A stretch of 64,000 bases of DNA from Tubiluchus corallicola (lineage: Eukaryota; Animalia; Priapulida), in contig JAQGDQ010000301.1 in NCBI GenBank assembly GCA_030141605.1, positions 62,001-126,000 on the forward strand, read 5' to 3'. Of this stretch, positions 13,375 to 26,867 are shown one piece after another; the stretch's first letter is position 1; every line of letters starts with the position of its first letter. The notes beneath the pieces were generated by a model. It was given only the letters and a program-made list of their open reading frames with translations, was not told where the DNA came from and ran no database searches. The position numbers and the translations under genes were made by a program.

Positions 13375-14003
13375 CTATTCTTTTAGCTCTGGTACAACTG
13401 TTTTAAACTGGGCTACTTTTTCATTATTCTTAGAATTTGCCTGTTTTTGTAAAACTGTTGAAACATTCCAGTTTGCAGTGAGATGCTTTAGTCTTTCATT
13501 TCCATAAACTCTGTGTGCATTCCATGCTAAGTAGCTTCTACCATGATCTGTTTCCACATTCAGAAAGAAATAACCTCCTGGTTTGATTAAGCACCAGGCC
13601 TGAGCCATGGTCTCCAAATCACCACTTGGATTCAATGCATCACCATAGCGTCCAAGTCCACTGTGTTCCATTGAAGAATAGCTGATTTCAAAATCAAATA
13701 ATGGTCTCGGCTGTTGAAGATATTGCACAGAAGGGTTTCGAGGCAAAATTGTTGATATTTTGCTGTGATATGACACAAGATTACTGTAATCCATTGTTGT
13801 GATGTGACCAACGTTTCTATTAAGCAGTAAAGCTTCGATCCATGGATATTCAGTGCCAATAACAAAACCATGTTTACCTTCTATCTTTTCTCTGTACATA
13901 TCTAAAGCTTCCTCTACGACTTGCATTGCGTGAATGCCATAAACTTAAATGTTCTTTCCTTCTGATGCAGTGAATCATCATAGTCCATTTTACAAAACCT
14001 CTG
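13375..14003 (-). pseudogene. DUF268-family (SAM-dependent methyltransferase fold) gene, main exon, disrupted
   Basis: VIGTEYPWIEA, FDFEISYSSMEHSGLGRYGDALNPSGDL, CLIKPGG and NAHRVYG.RL are DUF268 signature motifs. There is a tttacag acceptor at ~14004 and a frameshift near 13943 between WTMMIHCIRRKEHLS and YGIHAMQ. Confidence 0.8.
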
Positions 14004-14017
14004 CTGTAAAATAGACT

Positions 14018-14072
14018 TGAAATTGAACCGCCGCCTCTCGCACAGAGAGTGAGCACGGTACCACTGAGCTGT
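14018..14072 (-). mobile_element. tRNA-derived SINE head
   Basis: Minus strand CAGCTCAGTGGTA (A box) ... GGTTCAATT (B box) at tRNA spacing; it resembles 46991-47050. Confidence 0.6.
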
Positions 14073-14896
14073 TAAACTTGACTATTTTGGCAAGTGATTA
14101 TATTTAACAATGTTTATTTGATTCAAAATGGGAACATTTGAATGAGGTTCTACAAGGACATCAAACTATAAAGTGATTATCTGAAATTGGTTGTTTTTTT
14201 AATTGTAATCAATTTTCAGTTAATTTTAGGTTAGTGCCTCACTGTTTTAATTGTGTTTTTCTGATACATTTGATTAAGTTTGAAATAACGTGCTTGATAA
14301 ATCGGTTTTAAAGCATAATTTCTGCATGTGAATGTTATTATGTAATTAAGATATGGTTATTTTATCAGATTGCCATCTCCATCACAGCAGAGTCTTAACA
14401 ATTTCACCCAGAATTCTGGTTGGTGATGTAGTAGCTTTATAAAAATTACGATATCGCATTTAGCATTTAACAGACTAGATTCACTGATGCAGTGTCTTGT
14501 TTTTTTTGCCATGTTATCACAAAATCAATAAAGCACAGGAATCACAGTGAAAATTTGAGTAAATGAGCCAAGCCAAGGCATTCTTATAAAGGTTAAACTT
14601 TGGATGAATTGAATTTCTCAAATACGATTTGTAAACGTGATTCGTGATCAAGAAGTGGAAAAGATCAATATTTTTCTACTAATTGCACCAGAGATATTCA
14701 GTACATCTTTCAAAGACCCTTTATTTTCTATACGTCTTTGTTTGTTTTTAAACAGAGTCGAACAGTTTTACCTCTTTGTGTTAAACTCAGAAAAATGTTT
14801 TCACATATTTCAGAAATCTTCAGAAACTAGTTGCGCCCTGTATAAATGCTGGAAAGACTGAGTTAAACGACAGACAATATTACCAATAGACGGGAG

Positions 14897-15163
14897 AAGC
14901 TTTTTTGTTTAATTAAGCTGCCAACCTGGAACTCCCAGAGGAAGCGTTAACAAAAGATGGAAAGCAAATACAGACAAGAATGTCAATAGAATGTAAAAGC
15001 TTTTTTGTTTAAGCTGCCTACCTGGAACTCCCAGGGAAAGAGTTAACAAAAGATGGAAAGCAAATACAGACAAGAATGTCAATAGAATATAAAAGCTTTT
15101 TTGTTTAAGCTGCCTACCTGGAACTCCCAGAGGAAGAGTTAACAAAAGATGGAAAGCAAATAC
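14897..15163. repeat. 96-bp tandem repeat, about 2.7 copies
   Basis: AAGCTGCC.ACCTGGAACTCCCAG recurs at 14915, 15011 and 15107. Confidence 0.95.
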
Positions 15164-16527
15164 TTAGCTGCGGTTAAGAAAGGCGTAAAATAATCACCAA
15201 TGATTTGGAGTAGGACTACGTTTTCCCATGCAAAATATTGAAAATTAGAGCTACTTTAAACATTCCCATGAGAAGGGCATTTTAACTAAATTGTTTAACA
15301 CATCTGCAACTTACTGACATTTTGTATGTTGTGAAATGTTGAATTTTCACAAAACTAAAATGTCCTAAATTCTTTCCCAATCACAAGACATTCACTATTC
15401 ACAAGAAAACCTTTTTTCTTTGCTCTCAACAAATTTATCCATGCTCATGATCAATAAGAGAACTTGAATCTTAGAATTCCGCTTTTCGTGTCTCTGTCTT
15501 ATCCAAACAGCAATTATTTTTACGCAGTCTCGCCCTTTAATTTCGTGCAGAGGAAAACCAGTTTCTACCCCTGTGTTTGCATTCAAAATACTTTCAAAAG
15601 TTTTCAGATCTGAAAAGGCCATTATATTCCTTTCAATCTTAACAAAACATCTTATTGTGTATCTCTCAGTTATGTTATTTCAAGCATCAACAAGCAGTAG
15701 AAATAATAGAACATGCTTGCTAAAGGAAATTCTAAACTCACACAGAAAACACGCATTTCATCGTCTGTTACTTATTTACAATAATAGAATAGCTTGAGAA
15801 CGCCGTGAATTAAAGAATAGATAGCAATAACAGTTAGGCACTACCGAAACTTTCAACTAAATGGATGAGTGTGTAGTGCTGTTTCCCCGATGTTAGCTGG
15901 TTTCCCCCCGGATAGGGAGAAACACCTCTTGTAGTTAATAATCTTGCAAAACTACTTAAAGGGAAATATCATGAAAATCAAGTTAAACGTATTTTATAGT
16001 TGCCCAACCTGTGAACAAATTTTTTTTAGCCAAGTAACTGTTTTGTATCTCATATCTCACCAATGAACTGCACGTACCCCTCCCCGAGTGAAAAAAATGA
16101 ACTAGCGCAGCTCTGCTGATGACGTAGCAGTCTTGTTCTGATACTGTCGAACACAACTGGACTAAGAATAAACCTGTTATTACAACATTACAGTGTTTGA
16201 CCTTGTGTTTGCCATAGCAAAATCTTACTGTTTTTCTCCAAGTTCATATTACATATAGTATATAGGTGTAATGTCGTCCACGTGTAGATTTCTTCTATGA
16301 TTTACCTGGTATTATCACTAGTATTTTATGTACAGGCTTAACAAACATTGGATTTTTTTACTTTTTTTCTCTGCAACAGCACTTAAATAAAAAGAAAAAG
16401 ATATGAAGAAATGGTTAATCCAGGTTTATAAATAAAACCTCGGTTGCGTCCTTCCCGGACCCCCTAAAACACCTATGAAATGCAACCCCCACGCCCCTCT
16501 TTCGCCATACCTGGATCTTAGTAATAC

Positions 16528-16850
16528 CTTAGCACCAAAACAGTAAACATTGGCATGAAAAATGCTCCGGAAAGTGAGTTTGCATCTGAACTGATAATGT
16601 CCTTAGGTAACAACTCGCTTGGCTGATCCATGATATGGTGTGCAGTAGATAGAATCGTCTCTGCTGCATAGGGTTGTGAGTCTTGACTTACGAATTGTTA
16701 AATAGGCAGGTCTCACAAACCATTGTTTGCAATTCTGATTGCACACATCGAATAATTTTTCGGCAAATCTTGCTAAAGCTTCCCTTTTCAGCTCTCCAGT
16801 ACAGCCAATTTTTACCCGCACTGTTTTTTTACAATTTTTTTTTGAATTCC
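16528..16850 (-). pseudogene. Probable upstream exon of the DUF268-family gene, frameshifted
   Basis: LFDVCNQNCK...YLTIRK...TLC and, in a shifted frame, PSELLPKDII resemble the Cys-containing stem of animal DUF268 proteins. It ends at an AAG|gtatta donor. Confidence 0.45.
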
Positions 16851-18735
16851 ACACAGTTGCAAAAATTTATATTTTTCTATTGTTACTCTGCTCTTTTAAC
16901 TGGGTCTATCGGCAACTTTTAGCAAAATCAAAGAGAAACGTAAAACAACAGGTTTTTCAAGATGTACCATGCTTCCCGAAAGAGAAAGAAATGAAACAGA
17001 AAATTGATGCGCTACATAAACAAACATGAATATCTGCAAATATTTAATTTGTGAGCGCATAAATGAAGTGAAACAACTAAAGCTAAATGTCAGTATCTAG
17101 GTGTGACTTTTTTAAGAATGATTTGTCTTGTAATCTTGCTAATGGCAAATATGAATAATGTGTTCACGTGTGCTCTAGTGTTTTTCAGAACTTTGTGAAT
17201 TACTGTGAGATTCTGAAGTGAAATTTAATTTCTGCTAATTTCGATTTTGAGTGTAAAATTCGTGATGTTTTTTTTTTTGAAAATGTGAAAACCCCAGTTT
17301 CTGCTTTTTTCCATGAGTAGTAAATTTTAGTCTATTTTGTGAATATGTGTGATGGTTATTTTTTCTGTGAATAAATTGGGCTTCGTGTTGTATCAGTAAA
17401 ATCAATGCAAGATTTTTTGTTCTGTTTGCTTGTTTATACTTTAACAAATAACCTTTATTATTGTCAAAGTTCTTTTATACTTTTTTCTTTTGCGCAAAGA
17501 GGCTTTAATATTTAATACCTGTTTTGCCACGCTAATGTTCCTCGCTGGAATTTTTATAAATTCAATTTCTAGAGAGAAACGTGTAAAAAGACATTGTAGC
17601 ATTGTGTCACTCTCGCTTGTAAAATTTTCTTGTTGGACTAAAAAATCTTTGCTGAATTCCAAGATTACGCCTGTACGAATCACAATACTCAAAGTGATTA
17701 CAAACTAAATGATGACTATTTTCTCTTTGCTTTTTCTCCAATAGCATCCATTCTAACATCCATAGCTTACATTCTAAAGACAAAATCGAAAACCAAAATA
17801 ATATGGAGTGGCGTAGTGTGTTGTGTGGTGGACTTGATGTGGGTAGTGAGGTTTTGTCTTTGTGGTTTTTTTTGTCTTGAAAAATGCGCAAATTTTCTGG
17901 CGGTGATTGATTAGTCTATCATTAATTTAATGTTGCTTCTGGATTTATTATAATATGTAAAGGTCTCGATCCTGTATGGTCTCATTAATGGTTTATTTTT
18001 CCAATCGGGCTCAGCTGGGTGAAAGCCTTTTACCCCATTTTTTGCAAAATTAGTTCATCTTATTTTTAGAGATTGGGAACGGCCCTGGTTGGTTTGATAG
18101 CCGGTTCACATCGCGTTCATCATATTCGATTTTAATGCCACTGCAACTCATTCGCGGGCATTTTCAGGTGCACAACTTCCGATTTTTGGGAAACTTTTAG
18201 GAAATAAAGTGTAGTAAAAACATTATAGTGGCATCTGTTGGGATTCCTGTAAGGATAAATATAGATCTTTCGAGATAAATGGAATGGCTTATATGATGAT
18301 GTGACCCACTTTTATATACCCCTACTTTAGTAAGAGCTGAGACTAGTTGATTGGAAGCCATCGTCCTGACGTCATTTCACTTCACTCCGCCTATAATTTT
18401 GCTTCAGCAGAAGCTGCTGCAGGCTGCTATAATAGGAATGGTTTATTATCATTCACACCAGTCCTTTAAGATCAAACCCCCACCGCTGAACGGACTATCT
18501 ATCCACAGCCAGCACCACACTCGGCCTGTTCCCGTTCTTCAGATCTTAGGCGTATAAGTTTTGCAAAAAAACGACAGAAAAATGGCCATTTTTGGAGGTT
18601 TTTTGCCCCCGTTCCTCCCGGTGGGCCCGATTCGAAAAATTAACCCCCAATGGCACGACACTAGATCGAGACCTTTCTTTTCATATATAGATCGCCGCAA
18701 ATGGTGCCGTCGTCGAAGCTGTAGCCTCGAATCTT

Positions 18736-18880
18736 ATATATATATGTTATATATATATATATATATATATATACAATATATATATACATATATATAACAT
18801 ATATAACATATAACATAACATATATAACATATAACATACCAACGTAACATATAACATATATATATATATATATATATAAC
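18736..18880. repeat. (TA)n/(TATAACA)n low-complexity microsatellite
   Basis: Directly visible. Confidence 0.95.
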
Positions 18881-18989
18881 ATACCAAGAATATTAATATA
18901 AAAGATATCAAATTTTGTTGCATAATCAACATATATATTACATAATTTCATCAGATCACTTGACGTGGTACTTAATAGAAAATATCGTA

Positions 18990-21035
18990 AGCGTACGTCA
19001 AATGATTGTAATAAATATCTGCAATTTGACATCCATGATTACTAGATTTTCACTAAGTTCTCTAAAGTAGAAGTTAAACAGATGAGGGGACATCTTTCCT
19101 CCCTGCCATACACCATTGCCAACTTTAAAAATCTCAGAGTTAAAATAGCCCTCTCTCACCAGCATGCCTTGATGGGTGTAATAAAAAAACAAGTAAACAA
19201 ACAACAACATTTGGCATCTCAGTTTCAATGAGTTTTAAAAACAGTTTAAAATAATTAATTCTATCGAAGGCTTTGGAGGCGTCTAAAAGCATTATATGTA
19301 CAGTACTCTGGCAGTCTATATAATAGTCTACTACTTCTTTTAACATGTAAATACATAACTCAGTACCCAAGTTCTCCACATAACCAAACTGGTTGGGTGT
19401 GGCAGGTAAACAATCAGCATAACGAGTCAATACAACAATTTCTAAAAGTTTACTAGAGACAGAAGATAACGCGATGGGTCTGAATTTATTCCTGTCTGTT
19501 ATATCTCTATTTTTGTCTTTAATAAGTGGCACAATTACTGATAACATTAGTTAGTCTGGTAAGAACCAATGAGTGATACAAGATAAAACAATGCGAACAA
19601 AACTTGGTAACACGTGAGAGGCATATCTAGAATGCTCTGACTTGAGACTGTCCGGTCCTGCTGACCTATTCAATGCTAGCTTTTTAATGGCTTGCTGTAC
19701 CTCAACTCCCGTAAATTTGTTAATTGCATTGACGTTTCCACATAGTGCTTCATGTAATTTATTGGCAAGATTGCTGTTATCAACAGAGTTAAGAAGATTC
19801 TGATAATGATCACCCCACATGTCACAAATTGCCTTTTCGCCTACTACGTCGCCAGTCTTTGGTGGAAGTGGGATTTTTGAATTAGTTTCTTTTTTATCTG
19901 AGCCCAGAACTGATATGAGCTGCAGTTCATAAGCCTATATGCAGTTTTATTGGCAATAATGCTTTGTTTGTGGCGCTTATATTCGGGCAAAGTTTGTTTA
20001 AATTGTGTGCGTGCACGAAACACAACATTGGCTAAATGCCCAGAACGAGGTTTGCCGTTCAAGTACCAGTTACGGAGCTTTCGCGCAAAAACTTGTGCTT
20101 ATCAGCAACAAGCTCATTCTAGCCGGGAATTATTTTTTTTAATGTCGAACTGTTTGCTGCCAGGAATAGTGCAATTTGCAGCACAAATATTGTCATAGTA
20201 GTCTATATTGTCATAGTATTCTGTAGGCTGCAATTTATGATTGGTGTTGTGGCAGTTTATATGTTAGCAAAGAAGTGCGTCATACGGTACTGCAAGTTTA
20301 GACAACAAATCTTGCGTCATTGACGTGTAATCGAACAGCTGGTTGCTGATAGCTTTATCGCAATCTACCTGATGCCGCGATAAACTTTTAGTTGACTTAG
20401 AAAGCACAGCGCCATCAGCAGCAGTAATGAAATTGTCATAATTGAGGCGGATATCATGTTTCCGTATTAATATTCATTAACATAGGCATATGATGAGAAG
20501 AAGTAAGATCATAATTTACACTAATTGATCTAGCCACGTAGTAGTGTTATGAGCTACACTAACAAATGTAAAGGTTGAGTTGGACAGCCTACTAGTATCG
20601 GATATCGCATAATTATTGACGCTACAAATATTATTTAATTTGCCTAGACGGATGTGAATTAAAATCACCAATACAATAAAGGTAACTAGAGATAGTATCT
20701 TCTATAATGGAATTTAGGTTACCTAAACATTGTCTAAATTCATCTCTGTTATCAAAGGATTCATAGGGTAAGTTGACATTGTTACAGGCATTAATTTATC
20801 TTGCAATATTAAAGATTTACCCATAATCCTATACTCATTATTATTGAAAAGTATTTTCCAGTCCAAGGAAGATCCTTCGTCCACAAGATGCCAAGTCTGC
20901 CTTGTGGCCTTCCCTCTTGAATAGTTTGTTCTATTGCTGAGTGGTTCATACTCCAGGTTAAATTCCCTCCACTTTGGAAGCCATGGAGAAAGAAAGAGAG
21001 AGAGGGAGAGACTAGAAAGTTCATGGGCAACAACT
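18990..21035 (-). mobile_element. Decayed LINE with APE endonuclease and RT domains, 3'-truncated
   Basis: GRPQGRLGILW and TTWLD in the endonuclease region; then NGKPRSG, SAGPDSLKSEH, PLIKDK...FRPIAL, NQFGY, LLDASKAFDRIN and GVWQGGKMSPHLFNFY. Multiple stops and frameshifts. Confidence 0.93.
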
Positions 21036-21093
21036 CAATTGCAATTTATGCTTTTGGAGTCACTCCGTCGTTTTATGCAATTTTTTATATTTT

Positions 21094-21246
21094 TCAAGCT
21101 GCTTGATTTATAACTCTATGACTATTATGCACAGAAACAACCAACGACTGCAATAAGGAACTGTTATATATATGATGCTGCCACAGATAATTCTCTAGCC
21201 TTGGAAGTTCACTGGCAACGCATTCAGTTGGATCACACAGAGGCAG
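21094..21246 (-). CDS. GXYLT: GXYLT-like glycosyltransferase, probable terminal exon
   Basis: tttctttcag| phase-0 acceptor matching the upstream donor; encodes LPLCDPTECVASELPRLENYLW...QAA*. Confidence 0.6.
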   Translation of the reverse strand: MPLCDPTECVASELPRLENYLWQHHIYNSSLLQSLVVSVHNSHRVINQAA

Positions 21247-21849
21247 CTGAAAGAAACACAATATTATTTTAGTCACTATAACTAGAATATGTGGCGCTAT
21301 TGAACAATCACGAAGATTTTACTGACTATATAGTAAGATTTTTAACTACTGTTATATTCAGAATAATATCGGCTATTCAATGATGCTGTTTGTTTAAAAG
21401 TGATTTAATTGGACAAAATTAAGAAAAAGACGCCCTGCCTTTTTCAGGCACACCAACTTAGCCTGGTCAAATTAAGGTCGCATCATCTTTTAACAGGAAT
21501 TTCTCCTTTTAAGTACAGCTCCTTTTTGAAAAATAGAATGTTGTGTATGGATAGTCGAAATTTGCAGCATTAGCTGATTTTACACAAGTGATACTGTACA
21601 TTGCAAACACTGCTGTCACTGAAGGCTTTTTTGAATTGACTTGTCAAAAATAAATTTTTAATCTGTCAAAGGGAAACAAATGCACTTAATATATATGTTT
21701 GCATGGAAGTTAATTGCGTGAGGAGTAGAAACCTACAAAAATGATTAAACATAACGTAATTGCTGCTTACTGACAGCCGTTTTTCACGAAATCATGCAAT
21801 GTGCAGCAAATGCTTACGGTCCTGAAAGTGTTAGTAGAGAATCATTGAT

Positions 21850-22690
21850 AAGAATCTATTACAGTCCTGTCTACCCATATTTAATATTATGGCATCAAGT
21901 TTTGGGATGGTATATACAAAAGTAATCTGAAAGTTCTACAAATAATCTAAAACAAAATTCTTAAATTAATATGTGAGGATTTTTCCTGTATTCTAAGCAC
22001 CGGGTGGCAGTGGTATAAGACAGGTAAAAGGTGTGGGTTTTGTTATTGTGTCTGCCAAATATTCGTATTTTTTCTTGTCTTGGTGCTACATGTATTTCAT
22101 CTTTGAGCCATCTATATGCTGCTATGATGTAAGTATTTAAGAAAATTAAAGCACTCATTTTTTTGAACTTCTAAATTTGCATTCACGCGTCAGAAAACGT
22201 TCTATAATACCTCAAGAGATATTTTTTACTATTTAATTAGCTATGTATTTTGCATTTGAGTATTTTGTGCTACACAATATTTTGTCTCGACTTATTAGGC
22301 TCAAACCTTATGTATGCTTTTCTTAATTTGCAGATTAAATGGTAACACTACAAAAAAGAAGTTACATAATATATCATATAAGGTATGATCATACCACAAA
22401 TATAATCTACTTGTGTGCTCTTAAAGTGAAAGAAATGTATGATATGTATTGTCTTCATTTCATATATCACTATCATAATTCACTTCTTCCTCCAGCTTTT
22501 CAGTTATCCCTTAATCCAGTTTCAAATCAACATGATCATCACACAAGTTATTCGGTCAAAAACGATATACTTCCACTTCCAAAACCAAATATAACGAAAC
22601 AGTCTTTAAAATATAACGCTATTAAAATATGGTGATCAATTCCGCGTGAAATAAAAACTCTTAGCAGTTTAGAAAAGAATCAAAGAATTG
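21850..22690 (+). mobile_element. LINE (L2/Crack-like) 3' fragment, interrupted
   Basis: YYSPVYPY...W...YKSNLKVLQII, then HNSLLPPAF...HDHHT...KQSLKYNAIKIW*SIPREIK, a typical ORF2 C-terminus. Confidence 0.75.
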
Positions 22691-23577
22691 CTTACTACAA
22701 TTGTATAATTAGCTCACCACAGTTTGACTCATCCCTGAACTGATCTTGTTCAAATTTTTACGTTATACCTTATGAGAATTACTATGTAACGTATCTTGGT
22801 AACGTATCTACGTAAATTGGTGCACTTATCAGAAGGAGGACTATAAAACAAATGATCCTTCCTTCTCCTCACAGTGACTGTATATTACATAATGTGTCAA
22901 AGTTTTGTATGTATGATGCACTGTGAAATAAATTTATAATTTTAATTATTCTGGAGGTGGTGCACGCTTACAGTGGTGCAAGCCCTAACGAGTTTTCACT
23001 TATAGTGCTTGCCGTGATGAATATGCATACTGTGATATCATAATCATTAATATCTACTGCATACATACTTTTTTCATTGTGTGCATAGACTGTATAACTG
23101 TATTTCCAAATAAATAAATTACCAGCGGAGTAAGAAAAATCAATACTATTGTTTAGTCTTTATGTTCTTACCTTGTTAAAGCTTAGTTACATTTACAACG
23201 AATATCCACATGTCCTCGCGCTCGTCGGAGTTATTTTTAATTAGTATCACATGGTTGTATATATGTATGCATGTATCTGTTTTGCAATTCGCAAGTCATC
23301 CTAACTATGTGTGTATCTATTAATTAGAAGCAAGAGTATAGATGGTTGAATACTAAGAGGCTATATTTTTATGATGATACTTAAAGTTGTTTAAGAAATG
23401 ACACTATGTGTTTTGCAATGTACAAAGCTTGAGTTTTAAAGTGATATGAATTGTATATATATTACACATCTCGCTACTCTAAAAGCAACTCACCTACTTT
23501 GAACCTACTTTGACAAGGTTTTTGGACGTTTTCTTGGAATTGGTGTTAATGCTTTGTTATGTCTGTACATACAATCG

Positions 23578-23759
23578 ATAACAACTTACATTTTGATACA
23601 ACTGATATATTAAGTCTGTGCATTAAATTGATAATAACTTACATTTTGATACAACTGATATATTAAGTCTGTGCATTAAATTGATAATAACTTACATTTT
23701 GATACAACTGATATATTAAGTCTGTGCATTAAATTGATAATAACTTACATTTTGATACA
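23578..23759. repeat. 53-bp tandem repeat (3.4 copies) spanning a splice donor
   Basis: AACTTACATTTTGATACA starts at 23583, 23636, 23689 and 23742. Confidence 0.97.
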
Positions 23760-23936
23760 GGTGATATATCATTCTCACCAATAGAAACTCAGGAAAATTC
23801 GATGAATTTCTGTAAAAATGCATTGCCGTGCCATGAAGAATACCAAGTCCATTAATTTTTGCAGATTTACATATTTGATTTTGTCGAATAATATCCATTG
23901 CGATGTTCCATTCACATGGCAGGACAAAGATTCTAT
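23749..23936 (-). CDS. GXYLT: GXYLT-like exon
   Basis: ttttgcag|AT...AAT|gtaagt; encodes DRIFVLPCEWN...ICKSAKINGLGILHGT, matching the GT8 PCxWN and LHG motifs. Confidence 0.88.
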
Positions 23937-24409
23937 CTGCAAAATGATAATCTGCACTTAAACCTCGTTTCTGATGAAGATAAACAAATGGCATTTATTA
24001 ATTTGACAGCACTCATCTCAAGCACTTCTCCTTTTCATAGTAAATGAAATTTTACTTAAATCTACAATCTTTTTTTTTACCAATGCCAGTAACTTGACAT
24101 TATAATAGAACTTGCACGGGTGGCTTCTTATTTTGGGTACTTGAACAGCCCTGAAAAGATTTTTTTAATATTTGCCTGTTATTAACGTTTAGTCTAATAA
24201 TTACGGGCTTCACTTAATGTTATTTCCCGTTTGCAGTTGCATTAAGAAGACTTTAATCACTGAACATAATCAGTTTAACATGGACAGACATGATGATTAT
24301 AATTATTTTATTTCATATTTTGACTCTTGATAATTAAACCAAGCCAGGCTTCTGTGAACCACCGTATGCGATTTTGATGACCATCAATAATTATATTGCA
24401 CTTCTTTAC

Positions 24410-24559
24410 CAGTGTGTTTTCTTCCATAAATGTTCAATATACATTGGTCTCCTGTGACGGCATCCTTGTGAAATTCTCTAAGCATTTCAGTTATCTCTGA
24501 GGTAAAGTTTACTTTTCGCATGTTGCTTAAATTCATCAAAAGTACGCCAGAGTTGAAAC
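24410..24559 (-). CDS. GXYLT: GXYLT-like exon
   Basis: ttttcag|GT...G|gtaaag; encodes GFNSGVLLMNLSNMRK...TGDQCILNIY (GT8 NSGV and DQ motifs). Confidence 0.92.
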
Positions 24560-24795
24560 CTGAAAATACAGTAGTCCGTTGGCATTAAATAAAATTTGTT
24601 AGCGTAACATTTTGTAAGTCGCTACTTAGCGGCAATGTGCAAAATCCACGGTTACAAATCAAAAATGTGTCATGAGAAGGCTTATGAGAAAATTTACCCA
24701 AAATAGTCCCCTTGCCAGACACTTTATGTTGCACAACTCTGACTACGTTTTTTTACTATGTAACTACTGTAAAATCAAAACAATTACACACATAT

Positions 24796-24798
<3 letters not shown>

Positions 24799-24874
<76 letters not shown>
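24799..24874. repeat. (CA)38 microsatellite
   Basis: Directly visible. Confidence 0.98.
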
Positions 24875-24876
<2 letters not shown>

Positions 24877-25432
24877 TATACACATATTCCACCAAAATTA
24901 ATTATACGATTTAGTTCAAATGTGTAACAGCGCCTTTGTGGTCTTTTGCTTTATAGCAACTTTAAATTTTTCAAATGTACACAATACAGTACCAACCATT
25001 TTCTCCAAGGAGATTAGCTACCGTTGATTATTGAATTATGTAAACAAGCTTTTCTGCATTCAAGCTGCATTCAACTATTTTCCAAATGTTGTTTTCCAGG
25101 AATAGCATTTACAGCCATGATGAATTCATATAACAAGTCTGTGGCCTATTCTCAGATTATTTAACGTTATCTAATTCCTATGAAAAGAAAGTTAACAGTC
25201 TGTGAAGATTTCTTGTCATTATGAAACTCACTGAAACGGATACAGTAATACTGTAAATTGTTAGTGTAAACAGATGCTGTAATAGTAAATTACTTCTGTT
25301 CTGTAAATACTACAGCCTACATTTTAATTATGGTTGTATTTTATGAGAAAATATATGTTTTGCTTTTGTTTCAGACAATTACCATTCTGTTACCTAGAAT
25401 AGCCTTTGTAGTTCACGTATAATAAAAGTTAC

Positions 25433-25628
25433 CTGATGATCCAAAAAGGTGATTTTTCAATTTGCTGATTCTGTACAAAGTTCCAGGCTTGCCATTGTTC
25501 TCCATTACAACACCTAAAATCTCATTGCTATTCATCTTGTCAAAATACGACCAGAGCAAGTCCAAAGGCCTGGTAATGATAATGTCAACATCCAAATATA
25601 TTATTCTACTAATGTTTGGTAAAGCATC
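25433..25628 (-). CDS. GXYLT: GXYLT-like exon carrying the DxD motif
   Basis: ttgcag|GAT...G|gtaact; encodes DALPNISRIIYLDVDIIITRPLDLLWSYF... Confidence 0.92.
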
Positions 25629-26701
25629 CTGCAAAATACAATTATTTTAGAGCTGATTAACGAAAATGCTCTTATGTTTTATGAGAAATGACGATATCAT
25701 AAGAACGAGTAAAAAGCAGAAGAGCAGTTTAATTCAGGAAGCATTTTACTCAGTAATCGCTGAGATCTGGGCTGAATCTGTGACATTCAGAAACACTGAC
25801 CACCATTCCTGCATGGACAACACAAACAGGAAGTCGGCAAAATGTTTCCATTATTTTTAAGAATATGCATTAGCAATCATAATTTTGTAAAGTCCCTGAC
25901 ATTTTTAATCTTATTTTTGCCATTAGCTTGATTTATTCTTGTTGAACGTTGTTAGTTATTGCAGCCTTGAATGCTAGTAAAATAATCAAGTTTGTTTTTG
26001 CATTGCTTTCCTACACTGGAAGTAGTTCGAACATTTCAATAAACAATAATATTTAGTTAAGCAACACTGTCACATGGCTTTAAAGTAAAATCGACGTTTT
26101 GTTCCACAGAAGATCTTGTTGTTTAAATAAATTGAATTTTTAATTAATCATTAATAGTACATTGCATTGTTTATTTTTTATTCTGTGATGATTGTTTCCA
26201 TAGATACCCATGGTTTTGTCACAATGTCTTTTTCCTGCTTCGTCTTCCTGACAAAGACTGCTAGTGTGCAGCAGAAACACTGAATTTTTTAATAACAGTT
26301 AATAAAATTATCACTGCTAAATTACATGCTGACAAATTAATGTAAAACGAAACTGATATATTAAAATCACGCAGAAATTTACATAAAAGAGCACGTTTGA
26401 TTGAGCGACCAATGAGGCAATCATGGGAAGCAGTACGTCTGGAAGGTCTGGAATCACTGACATTAGATGTAGCTAGTTAAGAAAAAAAGGAAAAAATCAG
26501 ATAATGAGATGAAAAAAAGGAATTACAGGAAAATTATGGTAGGAAGGGAAGATTTGAATGAGCCCTTCTGTTTTTTTATTTGAGTGATGGTTTGAATGAC
26601 AAGCTTTTCAATCATAAGAATAATCCTGAAATTGTATATTGTAAAGGGGTGATTGTAGCAGGCAGATTATGCTTTTTCGCTTATTTTACCGAGTACGTGA
26701 T

Positions 26702-26867
26702 CCCTGACAAACTTTGTATAATTAGAGTAAAACAACGACTGTAGATGGCAGCATAGACTAATTCAGTACTTTGGTGTAGTAGACTGACAATTAAATGGGT
26801 CACATAATAGTACAATGCTGCCATCTACAGTCGTTGTTTTACTCTAATTATACAAAGTTTGTCAGGG
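26702..26867. mobile_element. Short MITE/foldback element with perfect 53-bp TIRs (CCC...GGG ends, AT on both flanks)
   Basis: 26700-26754 is the exact reverse complement of 26815-26869, with a 60-bp spacer. Confidence 0.85.

Noticed and set aside
14018-14072. Functional tRNA gene (also 46991-47050 and ~56135-56195)
   Set aside because: The A and B boxes are degenerate and no complete cloverleaf stems form; these are better explained as SINE heads.
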